From positions 1 through 14,110 of the forward strand of contig CAXHJY010000452.1 of NCBI GenBank assembly GCA_964016885.1: a stretch of DNA of 14,110 nucleotides, given 5' to 3'. Position numbers and translations under genes: made by a program. The notes below the pieces were generated by a model. That model was not told the DNA's origin, ran no database searches, and saw nothing but the letters and a program-made list of their open reading frames with translations. Positions 9,013-14,110 of the stretch are shown piece by piece. Numbering within the stretch: the stretch's first letter is position 1; each line of letters starts with the position of its first letter. The DNA comes from Eledone cirrhosa (taxonomy: Eukaryota).

Positions 9013-9409
9013 GTTTCTGTTCTAAAAACAAACAATGGTTCATTAATTATGTGGATTTACATTATTTACTAATTAGAAAATAATTTAATTGGCTACTGAG
9101 AAATTCTGTATTAGAGCTATGTAAAATAATATAAGTATGTACACGTACATACATATATGTATACAGACATTCAGTAGTATGTATATTTATATACATACAT
9201 CCACACATATATATATATATGTACGTATGGATTCACCGAACATTTATTATAATGCTCGGTGTGTTTGTAAACAAACATTCCGTATTAAGCCGTAGTGTCT
9301 AGCAACCATCGTTGCTCGTTTGTTCAACACTGATAAAGGAACGCTGTACTAGTTTCAAGCTAGTCATCGGACAATCAGCATAATAACCATGTCCCTCCCT
9401 ATGTCTCTC

Positions 9410-9457
9410 TCGTGTGTGTGTGTGTGTGTGCGTGTGTGTGTATATGTGCTTTCGTGT

Positions 9458-9505
<48 letters not shown>

Positions 9506-9580
9506 ACACACACACACACATTATATATATATGTATATATACACACACACACGTGCGTTTGCGTGTATGCATATGTATAG
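9410..9580. repeat. Compound microsatellite (TG)n-(CA)n-(TA)n-(CA)n
   Basis: (TG)n at 9413-9441 faces (CA)n at 9459-9520, so the two tracts are self-complementary. Confidence 0.9.
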
Positions 9581-9593
9581 ATAAGGTTCATCA

Positions 9594-9638
9594 TTTATTC
9601 CAGACCGGTTTATTCCGGTTATATGGATTCGTGATGAA
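9594..9638 (-). ncRNA. Hammerhead-like relic, probably inactive
   Basis: Minus strand: TTCA-TCACGA-A-TCC-ATATAACC-GGA-A-TAAA-CCGG-TC|TGGAATAAA. It is one base from GAAACCGGTC (G12 to U) and shares TCACGAATCC with the 6883-6942 motif. Confidence 0.4.
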
Positions 9639-10012
9639 TCCTGTTCTTAGCGTGCGGCAGTGTTGGGACCGCACCCCGTGGACAAGACCGCAAAAGTATT
9701 TCCGCAGAGAATGGCCACCAACACCCAGTGCCAAGTAGCTTTAGGACTGAGCCTGATTCCATTCTAATTGTTCACGCAATGAGATGTATCACTGAAAAGC
9801 CATGTGATTACAGATGCAGTTAAAGAAATTCGGTGGTGTCACCCATTCAGATTGGCTCCGCATTTGCCATACAACGCTATAGAGATAATACCTTTCGATG
9901 AAATAAACAGAAGATATATTCTTGTTTCTGTAATAGCTGTAGATGTGCAGATATACATATAACTACTTACATAGCCGATTGCGACAGAAAACGTAATGTT
10001 CTCTCTCTCGCT

Positions 10013-14110
<4,098 letters not shown>

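Overview
Non-genic, repeat-dominated animal DNA, most likely cephalopod (two Octopus-type SINE pieces are recognisable from memory). No intact protein-coding gene is present, and almost every ORF in the track is a microsatellite or antisense artefact. From 5' to 3' the window holds: a ~1.2 kb degenerate (CA)n tract; the 3' part of a frameshifted Chapaev3 (CMC)-type DDE transposon with its right terminus and a nested tRNA-derived SINE; a ~100 bp Tc1/mariner-type MITE; two long outward-facing inverted repeats; a ~610 bp internally deleted RTE-LINE derivative; a decayed RTE reverse-transcriptase fragment; and a ~4.1 kb AT-only satellite. The main hidden signal is a cluster of minimal type I hammerhead ribozyme motifs next to (TA)n tracts, typical of Penelope-like retroelement pseudo-LTRs and retrozymes. 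Two have an intact core (4049-4113 and 7040-7094, both minus strand). Several others show recurring core variants (CCGAUGA or CUCACGA plus an A.A opposition at the base of stem II), and most are followed closely by AATAAA/ATTAAA. All folds were derived by eye.
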